This document shows, piece by piece, positions 60,633 through 64,000 of a DNA stretch of 64,000 bases (within the stretch, counting starts at the first letter, position 1; each line of letters opens with the position of its first letter). Origin of the DNA: Antedon mediterranea. Its lineage: Eukaryota > Animalia > Echinodermata. The notes below the pieces were generated by a model. That model searched no databases. It was not told the DNA's origin and was given only the letters and a program-made list of their open reading frames with translations. Position numbers and translations under genes: made by a program. The stretch covers positions 3,586,201-3,650,200 of the forward strand of contig NC_092670.1 in NCBI RefSeq assembly GCF_964355755.1, written 5' to 3'.

Positions 60633-61228
60633 AACATTAAGAGGAACTTTATTTGAACTTGATTCTGTATTGAGGAAAATCTGTTTATAATGATTAATGT
60701 AACCTGTCAGCAGTGATTTCATTGAATGGTTTATTTTATCAATAAGTTTAAAACATTTCCTCTCGTTCTATGCCCTATATAATGTGTTTATCTGCAGGCC
60801 AAGGTGTGTTCTGTATCCAACAACTTGACACCGATTTTAAGTGATTTTCTACTAGTATCGGTGCCAAATGCTTCACTTTAAATCCCAGGGTGTTGGCTTC
60901 AACTCTTGCTTGCATTGTGGTATGTCCTATGTTTGATAAGGGCAAGGTGTGTTTTGTATGACAGAACTTCACTATCAAACTTTATGTGACACAAAAAAAT
61001 GTGATGTGCCCATATATGGATATTTGATGTCATATCAGTACCGTATTTGGGCATATCACTACCATATTTGTGTACATCGTACAGTTTTTTGTCAAACTAG
61101 TTTGATAGTGTAGACAGAGCTTAACAGAACTTCACTTTATTTATCAGTGACTTTGACCAGTGGTAAATGCTCTGGTTCAAATCCTGGAAAAAATCGTTTC
61201 AAATCTTGCATGTTTTGTTCTGTGAATC

Positions 61229-63652
61229 AAATCCCAGTGAAAGTCAACATCAAGACCATGATCACCCCAACTATACCCCCAACCCCCTAAACCCACACTG
61301 GCTCTAAACAAATCCCAGTGAAGGTCAACATCAAGACCATGATCATCCAACTATACCCCCAACCCCCTAAACCCACACTGGCTCTAAACAAATCCCAGTG
61401 AAGGTCAACATCAAGACCATGATCATCCCAACTATACCCCCAACCCCCTAAACCCACACTGGCTCTAAACAAATCCCAGTGAAAGTCAACATCAAGACCA
61501 TGATCACCCCAACTATACCCCCAACCCCCTAAACCCACACTGGCTCTAAACAAATCCCAGTGAAAGTCAACATCAAGACCATGATCATCCAACTATACCC
61601 CCAACCCCCTAAACCCACACTGGCTCTAAACAAATCCCAGTGAAAGTCAACATCAAGACCATGATCATCCCAACTATACCCCCAACCCCCTAAACCCACA
61701 CTGGCTCTAAACAAATCCCAGTGAAAGTCAACATCAAGACCATGATCACCCCAACTATACCCCCAACCCCCTAAACCCACACTGGCTCTAAACAAATCCC
61801 AGTGAAAGTCAACATCAAGACCATGATCATCCCAACTATACCCCCAACCCCCTAAACCCACACTGGCTCTAAACAAATCCCAGTGAAAGTCAACATCAAG
61901 ACCATGATCACCCCAACTATACCCCCAACCCCCTAAACCCACACTGGCTCTAAACAAATCCCAGTGAAGGTCAACATCAAGACCATGATCATCCAACTAT
62001 ACCCCCAACCCCCTAAACCCACACTGGCTCTAAACAAATCCCAGTGAAAGTCAACATCAAGACCATGATCACCCCAACTATACCCCCAACCCCCTAAACC
62101 CACACTGGCTCTAAACAAATCCCAGTGAAAGTCAACATCAAGACCATGATCATCCCAACTGTACCCCCAACCCCCTAAACCCACACTGGCTCTAAACAAA
62201 TCCCAGTGAAAGTCAACATCAAGACCATGATCATCCCAACTATACCCCCAACCCCCTAAACCCACACTGGCTCTAAACAAATCCCAGTGAAAGTCAACAT
62301 CAAGACCATGATCATCCCAACTATACCCCCAACCCCCTAAACCCACACTGGCTCTAAACAAATCCCAGTGAAAGTCAACATCAAGACCATGATCATCCCA
62401 ACTGTACCCCCAACCCCCTAAACCCACACTGGCTCTAAACAAATCCCAGTGAAGGTCAACATCAAGACCATGATCATCCCAACTATACCCCCAACCCCCT
62501 AAACCCACACTGGCTCTAAACAAATCCCAGTGAAAGTCAACATCAAGACCATGATCATCCCAACTATACCCCCAACCCCCTAAACCCACACTGGCTCTAA
62601 ACAAATCCCAGTGAAAGTCAACATCAAGACCATGATCATCCCAACTGTACCCCCAACCCCCTAAACCCACACTGGCTCTAAACAAATCCCAGTGAAAGTC
62701 AACATCAAGACCATGATCATCCAACTATACCCCCAACCCCCTAAACCCACACTGGCTCTAAACAAATCCCAGTGAAAGTCAACATCAAGACCATGATCAT
62801 CCAACTATACCCCCAACCCCCTAAACCCACACTGGCTCTAAACAAATCCCAGTGAAAGTCAACATCAAGACCATGATCATCCCAACTATACCCCCAACCC
62901 CCTAAACCCACACTGGCTCTAAACAAATCCCAGTGAAAGTCAACATCAAGACCATGATCATCCAACTATACCCCCAACCCCCTAAACCCACACTGGCTCT
63001 AAACAAATCCCAGTGAAAGTCAACATCAAGACCATGATCATCCAACTATACCCCCAACCCCCTAAACCCACACTGGCTCTAAACAAATCCCAGTGAAAGT
63101 CAACATCAAGACCATGATCATCCCAACTATACCCCCAACCCCCTAAACCCACACTGGCTCTAAACAAATCCCAGTGAAAGTCAACATCAAGACCATGATC
63201 ATCCAACTATACCCCCAACCCCCTAAACCCACACTGGCTCTAAACAAATCCCAGTGAAAGTCAACATCAAGACCATGATCATCCCAACTATACCCCCAAC
63301 CCCCTAAACCCACACTGGCTCTAAACAAATCCCAGTGAAAGTCAACATCAAGACCATGATCACCCCAACTATACCCCCAACCCCCTAAACCCACACTGGC
63401 TCTAAACAAATCCCAGTGAAAGTCAACATCAAGACCATGATCACCCCAACTATACCCCCAACCCCCTAAACCCACACTGGCTCTAAACAAATCCCAGTGA
63501 AAGTCAACATCAAGACCATGATCATCCCAACTATACCCCCAACCCCCTAAACCCACACTGGCTCTAAACAAATCCCAGTGAAAGTCAACATCAAGACCAT
63601 GATCATCCAACTATACCCCCAACCCCCTAAACCCACACTGGCTCTAAACAAA
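61229..63652. repeat. 81/80-bp minisatellite, ~30 copies, strongly C-rich on +
   Basis: Unit aaatcccagtgaaagtcaacatcaagaccatgatcatcccaactatacccccaaccccctaaacccacactggctctaaac. Confidence 0.97.
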
Positions 63653-64000
63653 GAATCATACATTGTATGGTTACATGTAGTAGTATAGAAGTAGGAGGTG
63701 CTTATTGTGCCTATTTAAACACCTTTATTTACAAGACAGTACTATCATTTTATTCATCACACCAAATGCCATGGCTATACAAGACCAAAAAAACCCCATT
63801 TTATATACATTATTTGTTTTTATTAAAAGCTAGAATAAAATAATGATTTTTAGAGTATACAAGTGTAAACAGAAAAATCAGAAATCATAATGGTGAAATA
63901 TTTATATATACAGTAGTAATACTGTGGTTTATCCACAAAGTCGTTAAATTAGTAAGAATAGTTTAATACTCTACAGTTAAGTGTGTGCTAAATAGATATA

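Noticed and set aside
60775-61180. Minus-strand open frame spanning the MITE at 60971-61121
   Set aside because: No recognisable similarity; lies in the probable SLC26A11 3' UTR region.
61280-61295. Telomere-like CCCTAAACCC in the 81-bp unit
   Set aside because: One heptamer per unit, not a telomeric tract, and not the metazoan TTAGGG array.
61287-63610. Repetitive ORFs (DDHGLDVDFHWDLFRASVGLGGWGYSW)n up to 263 aa
   Set aside because: By-product of an 81-bp unit; about nine 80-bp units shift the frame, there is no convincing acceptor or start at the right edge and no recognisable domain.

Overview
AT-rich, intron-rich animal genomic DNA. A non-vertebrate deuterostome such as an echinoderm is my inference from gene and repeat style only. 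Six spliced genes were read by hand: (1) the 5' end of a secreted LDLa-domain gene running off the left edge (-); (2) a mosaic secreted serine protease, signal-LDLa x4-Ser-rich-LDLa-TSP1-trypsin (-, 1966-9325), whose activation-site exon is split by a young 799-bp TGT..ACA element with a 5-bp TSD; (3) SNX14 (-, 12078-30199), head-to-head with (4) phosphomannomutase (+, 30633-34162); (5) sulfamidase SGSH (-, 36944-39964), head-to-head with (6) SLC26A11 (+, 44954-60632), the same arrangement as in human, with CLEAR/M-box-like motifs between them. Introns carry many MITEs (one ~150-bp family has 11 copies), tRNA-derived SINEs, LINE fragments and minisatellites. The most unusual signals are two unrelated 79-bp arrays built from real splice junctions (25 acceptors in SNX14, 6 donors in SLC26A11), a transposon one base short of being a perfect intron, a chimeric LDLa exon, an optional SLC26A11 exon extension with sorting motifs, TAGGCCTA clusters in first introns, and a ~30-copy G-quadruplex-motif array. 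Exon coordinates are manual and may be off by a few bases.
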